This document shows positions 10,040 through 18,471 of a stretch of 32,000 nucleotides of DNA, piece after piece. Position 1 is the stretch's first letter. Each line of letters starts with the position of its first letter. Below the pieces are notes generated by a model. It made no database searches and was not told the DNA's origin. It saw only the letters and a list, made by a program, of their open reading frames with translations. The position numbers were made by a program, and so were the translations under genes. The DNA comes from Mycobacterium riyadhense (GTDB taxonomy: Bacteria > Actinomycetota > Actinomycetes > Mycobacteriales > Mycobacteriaceae), in the NCBI RefSeq assembly GCF_963853645.1, contig NZ_OY970456.1:314309-346308 (forward strand), given 5' to 3'.

Positions 10040-10612
10040 CGACATCTTCGGCCGCCGGACGAGGAGCGTAGGAGCCGGTTCGGGGCGGGGCAACGTCAAA
10101 GGCGCACCGAATAAGGTGCAGCCATTGTGCAAAGTGCACCACCTCGGTTTGCCCCAACACGGGGCTTTGCTAACCGCCGCGAACTGCGATCTTGCCCAGC
10201 TCGTGGTGTTCAACGTGCTGAACAATCACGTGTGGAAGCTCACCGACAAAGTGGGCCAGCCATCCACACAAAGGGAGACGCTGGATCGTGTCCCGCTACT
10301 TTGGCGCGTTTCACCCATCGAGCCGTGACCGCTGGGTTCTCGGTGACCGCGATGGCGGCGCCTACCTGGTTAAGTTCGTCCGGACGTCGATCATTCGGCA
10401 CACCCTGGTCTAGGTTGGGCGTCCCAGGATGACCCTGCCTTGACTGACTACTGGGCGGCCCGGCGTCGCCGCGGGCGATCCTCGCTGAGCCGGGCCCGAT
10501 CGGGGTTGATCCACATGCAACGCGGACGCTGCCCTTGAGCCGATTGCTTGGAAAGCGGGCACGGCCGGTTCTTAGGGGGCTCCGGCGCGACGACGCGCCG
10601 GAGCTACCCGAC
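10040..10612 (+). mobile_element. Group II intron 3' relic: decayed maturase (IEP) C-terminus plus domains V/VI; the 5' two-thirds of the intron are missing
   Basis: The pieces lie across three frames. They read ..[11 protein letters not shown].., ..[10 protein letters not shown].. (compare LNP.RGWANYYR), ..[70 protein letters not shown], and GWASQDDPALTDYWAARRRRGRSSLSRARSGLIHMQRGRCP. Together they match the X/D/En region of actinobacterial group II intron proteins but need at least 3 frameshifts and stops. The left boundary is approximate. Confidence 0.6.
10537..10612 (+). ncRNA. Group II intron domain V (10537-10571) and domain VI (10575-10612), relic
   Basis: Domain V reads GAGCCGATTGCTTG-GAAAG-CGGGCACGGCCGGTTC, with the AGC triad and GAGCCG/CGGTTC base pairing. 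Domain VI has an 11-bp stem, GCTCCGGCGCG-ACGA-CGCGCCGGAGC, extended by GGGG/(T)A(CCC) with a bulged A at 10606. That A lies 7 nt before an AC 3' end at 10612, the classical branch-point geometry. Confidence 0.55.
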
Positions 10613-10830
10613 CGGCGGATCTGGTACTAGCTGCTGGAGGCGGCAGGCCTGCCGGTCCAGCTGGTCAACGCCCGCGATGTGAAGAAACCCCACTACGGCA
10701 ACCATTTGAGCCGTGCCGGCTGGTTGATGGCGACGGTACTGCTGTTGGGCCGGCCGCACCGTAGCCAAGTTGATGCTGTGCGGGTGAACTGCGGCCAGTC
10801 AGCGTTCCTACCGGTTGGATGGCGTGCCTG
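10613..10830 (+). mobile_element. Degenerate IS110-family transposase fragment (putative 3' exon of the intron relic)
   Basis: The translation is RRIWY, then a stop, then LLEAAGLPVQLVNARDVKK... followed by ..GRPHRSQVDAVRV..SAFLP... This resembles the IS110-family region YW.PV...LE.AG..V.LVNA..VK..PGR.KTD..DA.WL...SFVP, but stops and frameshifts are present. The right boundary is uncertain. Confidence 0.3.
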
Positions 10831-10980
10831 CTCAGGTACGCCGGTGAGACGAACATCGCCGAAATCACCCGCCCCTTTGATCAGGACCGCCCGATTGCCA
10901 AGGCAGATGTCGGCATCGCTGATACGTTCCGCCGGGAGATCCCGCGTGCAAAAGCGCCAAACCCAATCGGAGGCATACCC

Positions 10981-11020
10981 ACGTAGCACAACAGCATCCG
11001 ACGTAGCACAACAGCATCCG
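10981..11020. repeat. Perfect 20-bp tandem duplication (2 copies)
   Basis: ACGTAGCACAACAGCATCCG at 10981-11000 is repeated exactly at 11001-11020. The next 2 nt (AC) also match. Confidence 0.95.
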
Positions 11021-11070
11021 ACCAACAGCGTGCTTCGGTCACGTCGACTGTTTGCTGCACCAGGCCGTTG

Positions 11071-11196
11071 CTATACGGGCGGGTATGCCGGCGGCGGGTA
11101 TCCGTTTCCGTCTTCCACGCCGCGAAGACCCCAGGTGAGGTAGTTGAAGAAGAACTCGATCTCGTCGCTTACGTCGTAGTCAGGACTCGGGTCCAT
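11071..11196 (-). CDS. Possible small ORF (41 aa) or truncated 5' stump of a gene divergent from the TetR gene
   Basis: ATG at 11196 is preceded by GGGTGGAG. The product is MDPSPDYDVSDEIEFFFNYLTWGLRGVEDGNGYPPPAYPPV, ending in TAG. It falls below the track size cutoff, I recognise no homology, and GC3 is only moderate. Confidence 0.2.
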   Translation of the reverse strand: MDPSPDYDVSDEIEFFFNYLTWGLRGVEDGNGYPPPAYPPV

Positions 11197-11343
11197 TGCT
11201 CCACCCTTCTACTCACGATCGACTCCGCGACTTGATCCGCCCCACGAGTCTAGGCCCATCCGCGTCGATGCGGTAGGCGGCCGCGGCCTTAAACTGTCCA
11301 ACCAGTTGATTGATAGCCGGTCTGCCGGCAGCGACGATAGTGA

Positions 11344-11973
11344 GTGCAGATGCGATCCGAAAATGGCCTTTCGCGCCGTGAGGAGTTGCTGGCCGTTGCC
11401 ACCAAGCTGTTCGCTGCCCGCGGCTATCACGGCACCCGGATGGATGACATCGCCGATGTGATCGGGCTGAACAAGGCGACGGTCTACCACTACTACGCCA
11501 GCAAGTCGCTGATCCTCTTCGACATCTACCGCCAGGCCGCCGACGGCACACTGGCCGCCCTTCACGACGAACCATCCTGGACCGCCCGCGAAGCGCTCTA
11601 CCAGTACACCGTCCGGCTGCTCACCGGGATCGCGAGCAATCCCGAGCTGGGCGCGGTGTATTTCCAGGAGCAGCCCTACATCACCGAGTGGTTCACAGAC
11701 GAACAGGTTGCCGAGGTTCGCGACAAGGAGTCGCAGGTCTACGAGCACGTGCATGGTCTGATCGACCGGGGGATAGCCAGCGGCGAGTTCCATGCGTGCG
11801 ATTCGCACGTGGTGGCGCTCGGCTACATCTACATGACGCTGGGCAGCTACCGCTGGCTGCGACCGACCGGCCGGCGCACGGCCAAGGAGATCGCGGCCGA
11901 GTTCAGCACCGCGCTGCTGCGCGGGCTGATCCGCGACGAGTCGATCCGCAACCAGTCTCCGCTGGGGCCGTAA
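11344..11973 (+). CDS. TetR/AcrR family transcriptional regulator
   Basis: The HTH region reads RREELLAVATKLFAARGYHGTRMDDIADVIGLNKATVYHYYASKSLILF. The start is either GTG 11344 or ATG 11350. Its position corresponds to the TetR gene downstream of pntB in M. tuberculosis. Confidence 0.85.
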   Translation: MQMRSENGLSRREELLAVATKLFAARGYHGTRMDDIADVIGLNKATVYHYYASKSLILFDIYRQAADGTLAALHDEPSWTAREALYQYTVRLLTGIASNPELGAVYFQEQPYITEWFTDEQVAEVRDKESQVYEHVHGLIDRGIASGEFHACDSHVVALGYIYMTLGSYRWLRPTGRRTAKEIAAEFSTALLRGLIRDESIRNQSPLGP

Positions 11974-11986
11974 GCCAACGCGAAGA

Positions 11987-13402
11987 TCACGTGACTGGAG
12001 GAATCAATCTCGCCACGGACCCGATGGCCCCACTGAGCACAGACAACTCCGTCACACTCGATTGCCCGAAGTTGAACATCAGGCCTGGATTCGCCGACGG
12101 AAGATACGGATACGTAGTGGGCAGCGAGGACTGCGGCAGCAATCCGATTTCTACCAGGGCGGCTTGGGGGCCTTGCACTGTCCCAGTCGCCAGGGCCGAG
12201 GCCACCGCGATCGGGTTGATGGGCGGTAACAGGCTGGCCGGGGTGGGCACATCCGCGTAGCCGTAGCCATAGCCCAGGTCAACCAACACCCGTAGGTCGG
12301 GCTGAATCAGTTCGGCAATCGGTGACCCGATGAAGGGGATGGCGCGTATGGGTGCCAACAGCGGCAGGTCCTGGGTCAGAAACATGTAGTAATGGGTGTT
12401 GCCGGTGTAGCCCGGAGACGTCGGCAATGGCACCGCATTCGCAACCTCGGCGGCAGTGAAGGGGTAGGCGTTGTGCACCTGGCTGATGCCCATGAAGGCG
12501 TTGAGGTCCGACAAGATATTGAGCGGGTATTGCGGGTTGTGGGCATAGCCGTCGTATTGGCCCGTGTAAATGTAGGTCTGGTAGGGGGAATTCGATGGAG
12601 TCGCACCGTTGAATGAGATATCCAGGAACGGGATGTAAAGGCCGGTGTAACGCTCCAGAATGCCGCCGTTGGGGTTGTTGATATTACCGATCAACGTGAA
12701 CGCCAGCCGGCTTGGATCTGGGGCTTGGCCGGGTGGTAGCGCCATCAGCGCGCGTATTTCATTGGTGGCTACCGCGGAACTTTGCGAGTAGCCGAAAACG
12801 ACGACGTCACGGTTGTTTTGTAATTCCGCGTTGATTCCGTTGTTCAGCAGAGTGACACCCTGGGCGATGGACTGGTCGAGTGACAGATTTCCGATAAACG
12901 GCCACCATTGCTCGGGCGTGTACTGGGCGACCGGGGTGTTGGGCCCGAAGATCGGCGAGATGTACGCGCTGTCAATGATCGACAACGCGCGCGGAGGCAG
13001 TATCGGTTGCCCCGTGCCGCCCATCATTAACGCCGTCAGCGGGTTTCCCGCCAGCATCGCGACGGAAGTCGACGTGCCGATGGCGCCGCCGGACCCGGCG
13101 TTGCCCAACATGACTGCGGCGTTGGTGGCCTCGGCCTGTGCGTAGGCGGCCCCAGCGGCGGCCAGTGCCTGGGTGAACTCGCTGTGGAACGCCGCAGCCT
13201 GCTTGAGGACCTGTTGATACTCGCGCGCGTATTGGCTGAACAGCGCCGCAGTGGCCGCCGACACCTCATCGGCGGCTGCGGCCAGCACTGCGGCCGTTGG
13301 GCCCGCAGCGGACGCGCTGGCCGTGCGGATCGCCGAACTGATCTCGTCCACCTCCGCGGCCGCCGTCGTCAACATCTCCGGGGCCGCGATCAAGTAGGAC
13401 AT
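11987..13402 (-). CDS. PE3: PE family protein with C-terminal PE-PPE (serine-hydrolase-like) domain
   Basis: The PE domain reads [63 protein letters not shown]... The C-terminal alpha/beta-like domain carries VVFGYSQSSAV. AAGGAG lies upstream of the ATG at 13402. The symbol is assigned from family plus position and has not been verified. Confidence 0.8.
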   Translation of the reverse strand: MSYLIAAPEMLTTAAAEVDEISSAIRTASASAAGPTAAVLAAAADEVSAATAALFSQYAREYQQVLKQAAAFHSEFTQALAAAGAAYAQAEATNAAVMLGNAGSGGAIGTSTSVAMLAGNPLTALMMGGTGQPILPPRALSIIDSAYISPIFGPNTPVAQYTPEQWWPFIGNLSLDQSIAQGVTLLNNGINAELQNNRDVVVFGYSQSSAVATNEIRALMALPPGQAPDPSRLAFTLIGNINNPNGGILERYTGLYIPFLDISFNGATPSNSPYQTYIYTGQYDGYAHNPQYPLNILSDLNAFMGISQVHNAYPFTAAEVANAVPLPTSPGYTGNTHYYMFLTQDLPLLAPIRAIPFIGSPIAELIQPDLRVLVDLGYGYGYADVPTPASLLPPINPIAVASALATGTVQGPQAALVEIGLLPQSSLPTTYPYLPSANPGLMFNFGQSSVTELSVLSGAIGSVARLIPPVT

Positions 13403-13497
13403 CGGGTCTCCTTATCGACGCTGAGGCCCTTAGAGCCTAGAGCGCGGCCGTCGGGAAGCCAGGCATTTCCTACTAATCCTCGCCGACCGCGGCCGCG

Positions 13498-14991
13498 TCA
13501 GTTCAGGACGGGCGGAATGAGGTGCAGAACGTTCCCCAGGCCGCCGCTCAGCAGCGATAGCGCCGTCACCTGCGGTTGGCCGAAGTAGAAATTGAGTCCG
13601 GGGTTGATCGACGGAACCCACGGGTAGGTGTCTGGGAACCACTCGGGCCCCCAGAGCCCAGCCTGCACCCCAATTTCCACCGCGGCGCCGTAGGGTGCCT
13701 GCAAACTCCCCAAGGCCAGGTAATAGGTGACCGCGAATGGGTTGGGAATTGAGAACAGCCCTGCGGGCGTGGGGATGTCGGCATAGTTGCCGGCGGGTCC
13801 GTAGTCGGCGTAGCCCAGGTCGACGAGCACCCGCAGCTGCGGTTGGATCAGGTCGGCCAGCACGGGGCCCGCATACGGAATGTCGCGGATCGGCTGGACC
13901 AGGGGCAGGTCCTGGGTGAGGATCATGTAGTACTGGGTGTTCCCGGCGTAGCCAGGAGAGGTCGGCAACAGTACCGCGTTGGACAGATCCTGCGGCGTCA
14001 AGGTCGGGTAGTCGCTATGCACGTAGAAGTACCCCATGAACGCGTTGATGTCCGACAGGATGTGGAGCGGGTACTGCGGCGCGTGCGCAATGCCGTCGTA
14101 CTGCAGGGTGTAAATGTGGGTCTCATAAGGGGTATTCGCCGGAGTCGCACCGTTGAACGGCACATCCAGGAATGGAATGTAAAACCCGGGGAAGCGGGCG
14201 AGGAGCCCGCCGACCGGGTTGTTGGGCGCGCCGATCATCGCGAAGGCAATGTCGTTCGGATTAGGTGCGCCCGCCGCCATGAGATTGGTGATGTAGTTGT
14301 TGACGATCGTGGCGCTCTGCGAGTAGCCGAAGACGACGACTTTGTTCCCAAGGGTCAGCTCGTTGGTGACCGCAGTACTCAGCAGCGAAACGCCTTTGGC
14401 GACAGACTGGTTGAACGTCATGTTGCCGAGATCGGGAGTGATCGGCCAGAACTGTTCGGGTGTGAACAGCCCCTGAGGGATGGCGCCCGGGAAGAGCGGC
14501 TGAATGTATCTGGCGTTGATGTCGGTCACGTACTCGGCGAGTGGTAACGGGTTGCCGGTGCCCCCCATGATCAACGCGGTCGTCGATGCCGCCAACGGGC
14601 TGACGCCGCTCGATGCGCCGATGCCCAGTGGCGTCTGCCCCAACAGCGACCGGATCGGTGCGTTGATCGTGTTGACCGCGTTCGTCACCGCGCCGTTCAC
14701 CAGCGCTGCGTTAGTGGCCTCGGCTTGCTGGTAGGCGCTTGCTGCGGCAGCCAGCGTCCGGGTGAACTCGTCTTGAAAAGCGCTCGCCTGCCTGAAAACC
14801 GCTTGATACTCCTGGGCGTATGCGTTGAACAGCGCGGCGGTGGCCGCCGACACCTCATCCTCGGCCGCGGCGATTACACCGGATATCGGCGCCGCCGCGG
14901 CCGCATTGGCCGCTCGGATGGTCGTTGCGATGCCGTCCACATTCGCCGCAGCGGACACCAATATCTCAGGCGCGGTAAGCATGTGCGACAT
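13498..14991 (-). CDS. PE4: PE family protein with C-terminal PE-PPE domain (tandem paralog of the previous gene)
   Basis: [63 protein letters not shown]... is followed by VVFGYSQSATIV. The protein is colinear with the neighbouring PE protein along its whole length. Confidence 0.8.
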   Translation of the reverse strand: MSHMLTAPEILVSAAANVDGIATTIRAANAAAAAPISGVIAAAEDEVSAATAALFNAYAQEYQAVFRQASAFQDEFTRTLAAAASAYQQAEATNAALVNGAVTNAVNTINAPIRSLLGQTPLGIGASSGVSPLAASTTALIMGGTGNPLPLAEYVTDINARYIQPLFPGAIPQGLFTPEQFWPITPDLGNMTFNQSVAKGVSLLSTAVTNELTLGNKVVVFGYSQSATIVNNYITNLMAAGAPNPNDIAFAMIGAPNNPVGGLLARFPGFYIPFLDVPFNGATPANTPYETHIYTLQYDGIAHAPQYPLHILSDINAFMGYFYVHSDYPTLTPQDLSNAVLLPTSPGYAGNTQYYMILTQDLPLVQPIRDIPYAGPVLADLIQPQLRVLVDLGYADYGPAGNYADIPTPAGLFSIPNPFAVTYYLALGSLQAPYGAAVEIGVQAGLWGPEWFPDTYPWVPSINPGLNFYFGQPQVTALSLLSGGLGNVLHLIPPVLN

Positions 14992-15176
14992 CTCCCCGTC
15001 CTTCCCCGCAGCCGGGGCCGGTCCCGGTCTGACGGGGACTGACCGCTACCGCGGGTATTAGGTAGTTATAGAGAGTAGAGCGGTCCCGCGGATACGTCCG
15101 GCGTTTGAAGAGATGCAGTTCGGCGAGACTACTGTCTAAAAGGTTGCAGCGTCGCAGCTGCGGACGGAGGACCCTC

Positions 15177-16262
15177 ATGGCGATTCGCGTCGCCCACGTC
15201 GGCACCGGGAATGTCGGTCGGCTGGCCCTGACCGAACTCGTCACCAACCCCAAGTTCGAATTGACGGGATTGTGTGTGTCCGCACCGGAGAAGGTGGGTC
15301 GCGACGCCGCAGAGCTCTGCGGGGTTGACCTGGAAACCGGTATCAAGGCCGTCGCCGACCTTGATGCCGTCCTCGCCGCCGCACCCGAATGCATCGTCTA
15401 CTGCGCCATGGGCGATACCCGCCTGCCCGACGCCATGACCGACGTCCGGCAGATCCTGGCCGCGGGCATCAACGTGGTCGGATCGTCGCCCGGGCTGTTG
15501 CAATATCCTTGGGGCGTCATGCCCGACAAATACATCGATCGGGTGGAAGCCGCTGCCCAGCAAGGGAATTCGAGCATCTTCATCAGTGGTGTCGACCCGG
15601 GGTTCGCCAACGACCTGATCCCGTTCGCGCTCGTCGGGACTTGCCAGCGCATCGAGCAGGTGCGCTGCATGGAGATCGCCGATTATGCGACGTACGACGG
15701 CTCGGAGGTCATGTTCGACGTCATGGGGTTCGCCAAACCCTTGGGCGAAGTGCCGATGCTGCTGCAGCCCGGGGTGCTCAGCATCGCGTGGGGGACCGCG
15801 ATCCGCCAGCTCGCGGCCGGCCTGGGTGTCGAGCTCGACGAAATCACCGAGTCATCCCAACGCGAGCCGGCGCCGGAAGACTTCGACATCGCCGTGGGAC
15901 GCGTTGCCAAGGGCACCCTGGCCGCGCTGCGGTTCGAGATTCGCGGCATCGTCAACGGCCACCCCGTCATCGTCATCGAGCACATCACCCGCCTGCGGCC
16001 AGACCTGCGACCCGAATGGCCGCAGCCCGCCGCCGGCGGCGGCTCGTATCGCATCGAGATCACCGGGGAGCCCTGCTATGCCGTGGACGTCGTTCCGAGC
16101 AGCCGCAAGGGCGACCACAACCACGCGGCGATCGTGGGCGCCGCCGGGCGCATCGTCAACGCCATCCCGGCGGTAATTGCGGCGCCACCGGGCATTAGGA
16201 CCACACTCGACCTGCCGCTGGTCACCGGCAAAGGGCTCTACACGCCAATGGTGGCCATCTAA
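15177..16262 (+). CDS. NAD(P)-binding oxidoreductase (DapB-N-like / amine dehydrogenase-like family)
   Basis: MAIRVAHVGTGNVGRLALTELVTNPKFELTGLCV... begins with a Rossmann GxGxxG motif. GGACGGAGGA lies 5-15 nt upstream of ATG 15177. The track start at 15105 has no SD and poor coding character. Confidence 0.75.
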   Translation: MAIRVAHVGTGNVGRLALTELVTNPKFELTGLCVSAPEKVGRDAAELCGVDLETGIKAVADLDAVLAAAPECIVYCAMGDTRLPDAMTDVRQILAAGINVVGSSPGLLQYPWGVMPDKYIDRVEAAAQQGNSSIFISGVDPGFANDLIPFALVGTCQRIEQVRCMEIADYATYDGSEVMFDVMGFAKPLGEVPMLLQPGVLSIAWGTAIRQLAAGLGVELDEITESSQREPAPEDFDIAVGRVAKGTLAALRFEIRGIVNGHPVIVIEHITRLRPDLRPEWPQPAAGGGSYRIEITGEPCYAVDVVPSSRKGDHNHAAIVGAAGRIVNAIPAVIAAPPGIRTTLDLPLVTGKGLYTPMVAI

Positions 16263-16280
16263 CCGAAAGGACCCCGTGCG

Positions 16281-17030
16281 ATGGGACATGTAGGACGGGT
16301 AGCGGGCAAAGTTGCCCTCGTCAGCGGCGGCGCCCGCGGGATGGGCGCCGAACACGCGCGCCTGCTCGTCGAGGAGGGCGCCCAGGTGGTGATCGGCGAC
16401 ATCCTCGACGAGGAGGGCAAGGCATTGGCCGATGAAATTGGTGACGCCGCGCGCTACGTCCACCTCGACGTGACCCAGCCTGACCAGTGGGACGCCGCGG
16501 TCGCCACGGCAACCGGCGAATTCGGGAAGCTCGATGTGTTGGTGAACAACGCCGGCATCGTGGCGCTCGGACAACTGAAGAACTTCGACCTGGCCAAGTG
16601 GCAGAAGGTGATTGACGTCAACCTGACCGGCACCTTCCTGGGCATGCGGGCGGCCGTCGACTCGATGACCGAGGCCGGTAGTGGCTCGATCATCAACGTG
16701 TCGTCGATCGAGGGACTGCGCGGTGCGCCGGGGGTGCATCCCTATGTCGCATCGAAGTGGGCAGTACGCGGTCTTACCAAGTCGGCGGCCCTGGAACTGG
16801 CACCGCTGAACATCAGGGTGAACTCGATCCATCCCGGTTTTATCCGCACCCCGATGACGGCCAACTTTCCCGACGACATGGTCACCATCCCGCTCGGCCG
16901 GCCCGGCGAGGCGCGGGAGGTGTCCACCTTCGTCGTATTCCTTGCCAGCGACGACGCCTCCTATGCGACCGGCAGCGAGTTCGTCATGGACGGCGGGCTG
17001 GTCACTGACGTACCGCACAAACAGCTGTAG
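16281..17030 (+). CDS. Short-chain dehydrogenase/reductase, 3-alpha(or 20-beta)-hydroxysteroid dehydrogenase (FabG3)-like
   Basis: GKVALVSGGARGMGAEHARLLVEEGAQVVIGDILDEEGKALADEIGDAARYVHLDVTQP...LVNNAGI...SSIEGL...YVASKWAVRGLTKS contains the TGxxxGxG, NNAG and YxxxK motifs. Confidence 0.85.
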   Translation: MGHVGRVAGKVALVSGGARGMGAEHARLLVEEGAQVVIGDILDEEGKALADEIGDAARYVHLDVTQPDQWDAAVATATGEFGKLDVLVNNAGIVALGQLKNFDLAKWQKVIDVNLTGTFLGMRAAVDSMTEAGSGSIINVSSIEGLRGAPGVHPYVASKWAVRGLTKSAALELAPLNIRVNSIHPGFIRTPMTANFPDDMVTIPLGRPGEAREVSTFVVFLASDDASYATGSEFVMDGGLVTDVPHKQL

Positions 17031-17042
17031 AGGCGCGCGAGC

Positions 17043-18383
17043 ATGCTGCGCAGCCTGGCAAGTGCGGTGGGCTCCGGCCACGTCGTCACCGACCCCGACG
17101 TGCTGGCCGGCCGCAGTGTCGACCACACCGGCCGCTATCGGGGTCGGGCCAGCGCGCTGGTGCGGCCGGGATCGGCGGATCAGGTCGCCGAGGTGCTGCG
17201 GGTTTGCCGCGACGCCGGAGCACACGTCACCGTCCAAGGCGGCCGCACTTCGTTGGTGGCCGGCACCGTTCCCGAGCACGACGACGTGCTGTTGTCCACC
17301 GAAAGACTGTGCACGGTAGGCGATGTCGACATCGTCGAGCGGCGTATCGAGGTGGGTGCCGGAGTCACCCTGGCTGCGGTTCAGCATGCCGCGACTGCGG
17401 TGGGCCTGCTGTTCGGCGTGGACCTATCGGCCCGCGACACCGCGACGGTCGGAGGGATGGCGTCGACGAACGCAGGAGGTCTGCGCACGGTCCGCTACGG
17501 CAACATGGCCGAACAGGTCGCCGGCCTGGATGTGGCGTTACCGGACGGTTCCGTGCTGCGCCGGCACAGCTGGGTGCGTCGCGACAATACCGGCTACGAC
17601 CTGCCGGCACTGTTCGTCGGGGCCGAGGGCACCCTGGGTGTCATCACCGCGCTGGATCTGCGGCTGCACCCCACCCCGTTGCATCGGGTGACGGCGGTTT
17701 GTGGGTTCGCCGACCTCGAGGCCCTTGTCGACGCCGGCCGGCTATTCCGCGACGTCGACGGCATCGCCGCCCTGGAATTGATCGACGGCCGGGCCGCCGC
17801 GCTGACCGGCGAGCATCTCGGGGTGGGCGCCCCGGTCGAGGGCGACTGGTTGCTGCTCGTGGAACTGGCCGCCGACCACGACCAGACCGATCGGCTCGCG
17901 GAGTTGCTCGACGGCGTGCAGCTGTGTGGGGAGCCCGCCGTCGGCGTGGATGTGGCTGCACAGCAACGGTTGTGGCGGCTCCGCGAATCGCTGGCCGAGG
18001 TGCTCGGCGTGTACGGGCCGCCGCTGAAGTTCGACGTGTCGCTGCCCTTGGCCGCGATCGGCGGATTCGCAAGGGACGCAGTTGCATTGGTCCATGCACA
18101 GGTACCCGACGCGCTGCCGGTGTTGTTCGGCCACGTCGGTGAGGGCAGCCTGCACCTCAACGTGCTGCGCTTCCCGCTGGAGCGGGAGCAGGCGTTGTAT
18201 CCGGAGATGATGGGCTTGATCTCAGATAGCGGCGGCAACGTCAGCTCTGAGCACGGAGTCGGCACCCGCAAGCGGCCTTATCTGTCGATGTCTCGGGACG
18301 CGACTGACATAGCGACGATGCGGGCGGTCAAGGCGGCGCTGGACCCGACGGGGTACCTGAACGCGGCGGTGCTGTTCGACTGA
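17043..18383 (+). CDS. FAD-linked oxidase (GlcD / D-2-hydroxyacid dehydrogenase family)
   Basis: The PCMH-type FAD-binding domain pattern is present: ALVRPGSADQVAEVLRVCRDAGAHVTVQGGRTSLVAGTVP...GGMASTNAGGLRTVRYGNMAEQVAGLDVALPDGSVL...DNTGYDLPALFVGAEGTLGVIT. The C-terminus reads SSEHGVG..K. Confidence 0.8.
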   Translation: MLRSLASAVGSGHVVTDPDVLAGRSVDHTGRYRGRASALVRPGSADQVAEVLRVCRDAGAHVTVQGGRTSLVAGTVPEHDDVLLSTERLCTVGDVDIVERRIEVGAGVTLAAVQHAATAVGLLFGVDLSARDTATVGGMASTNAGGLRTVRYGNMAEQVAGLDVALPDGSVLRRHSWVRRDNTGYDLPALFVGAEGTLGVITALDLRLHPTPLHRVTAVCGFADLEALVDAGRLFRDVDGIAALELIDGRAAALTGEHLGVGAPVEGDWLLLVELAADHDQTDRLAELLDGVQLCGEPAVGVDVAAQQRLWRLRESLAEVLGVYGPPLKFDVSLPLAAIGGFARDAVALVHAQVPDALPVLFGHVGEGSLHLNVLRFPLEREQALYPEMMGLISDSGGNVSSEHGVGTRKRPYLSMSRDATDIATMRAVKAALDPTGYLNAAVLFD

Positions 18384-18465
18384 GCCTGGGTCTTCTCGCC
18401 GCCACCGTGCACGTTTGTACGGCCGAGACGGCGAGTCGCCGTGCAGACACGCACGCTCGTGGCTG

Positions 18466-18471
18466 GTTAGT
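18466..18471. repeat. Left copy of the 6-bp target site duplication (GTTAGT) of the IS
   Basis: GTTAGT lies immediately outside the left inverted repeat. An identical hexamer lies immediately outside the right inverted repeat. Confidence 0.7.

Noticed and set aside
10207-10222. The dyad GTTCA-N6-TGAAC upstream of PE_PGRS, considered as an SOS-like box.
   Set aside because: The half-site order is inverted relative to the GAAC-N4-GTTC box and the spacing differs. It lies inside the intron maturase relic and is probably fortuitous.
10693-11025. A 110-aa minus-strand ORF in frame with the 41-aa stump, considered as a possible real gene.
   Set aside because: GC3 is only about 65%, I recognise no motif, and the start is a TTG without an SD. 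It runs through the 20-bp tandem duplication and overlaps IS110-like debris.
14995-15176. The inverted repeat CCGCGGG...CCCGCGG (about 15049-15091) around an AT-rich tract between PE4 and the oxidoreductase, considered as a terminator or operator.
   Set aside because: The loop of about 29 nt is too long for an intrinsic terminator, and both flanking genes start here rather than end. It may be promoter DNA, but I cannot support a specific call.
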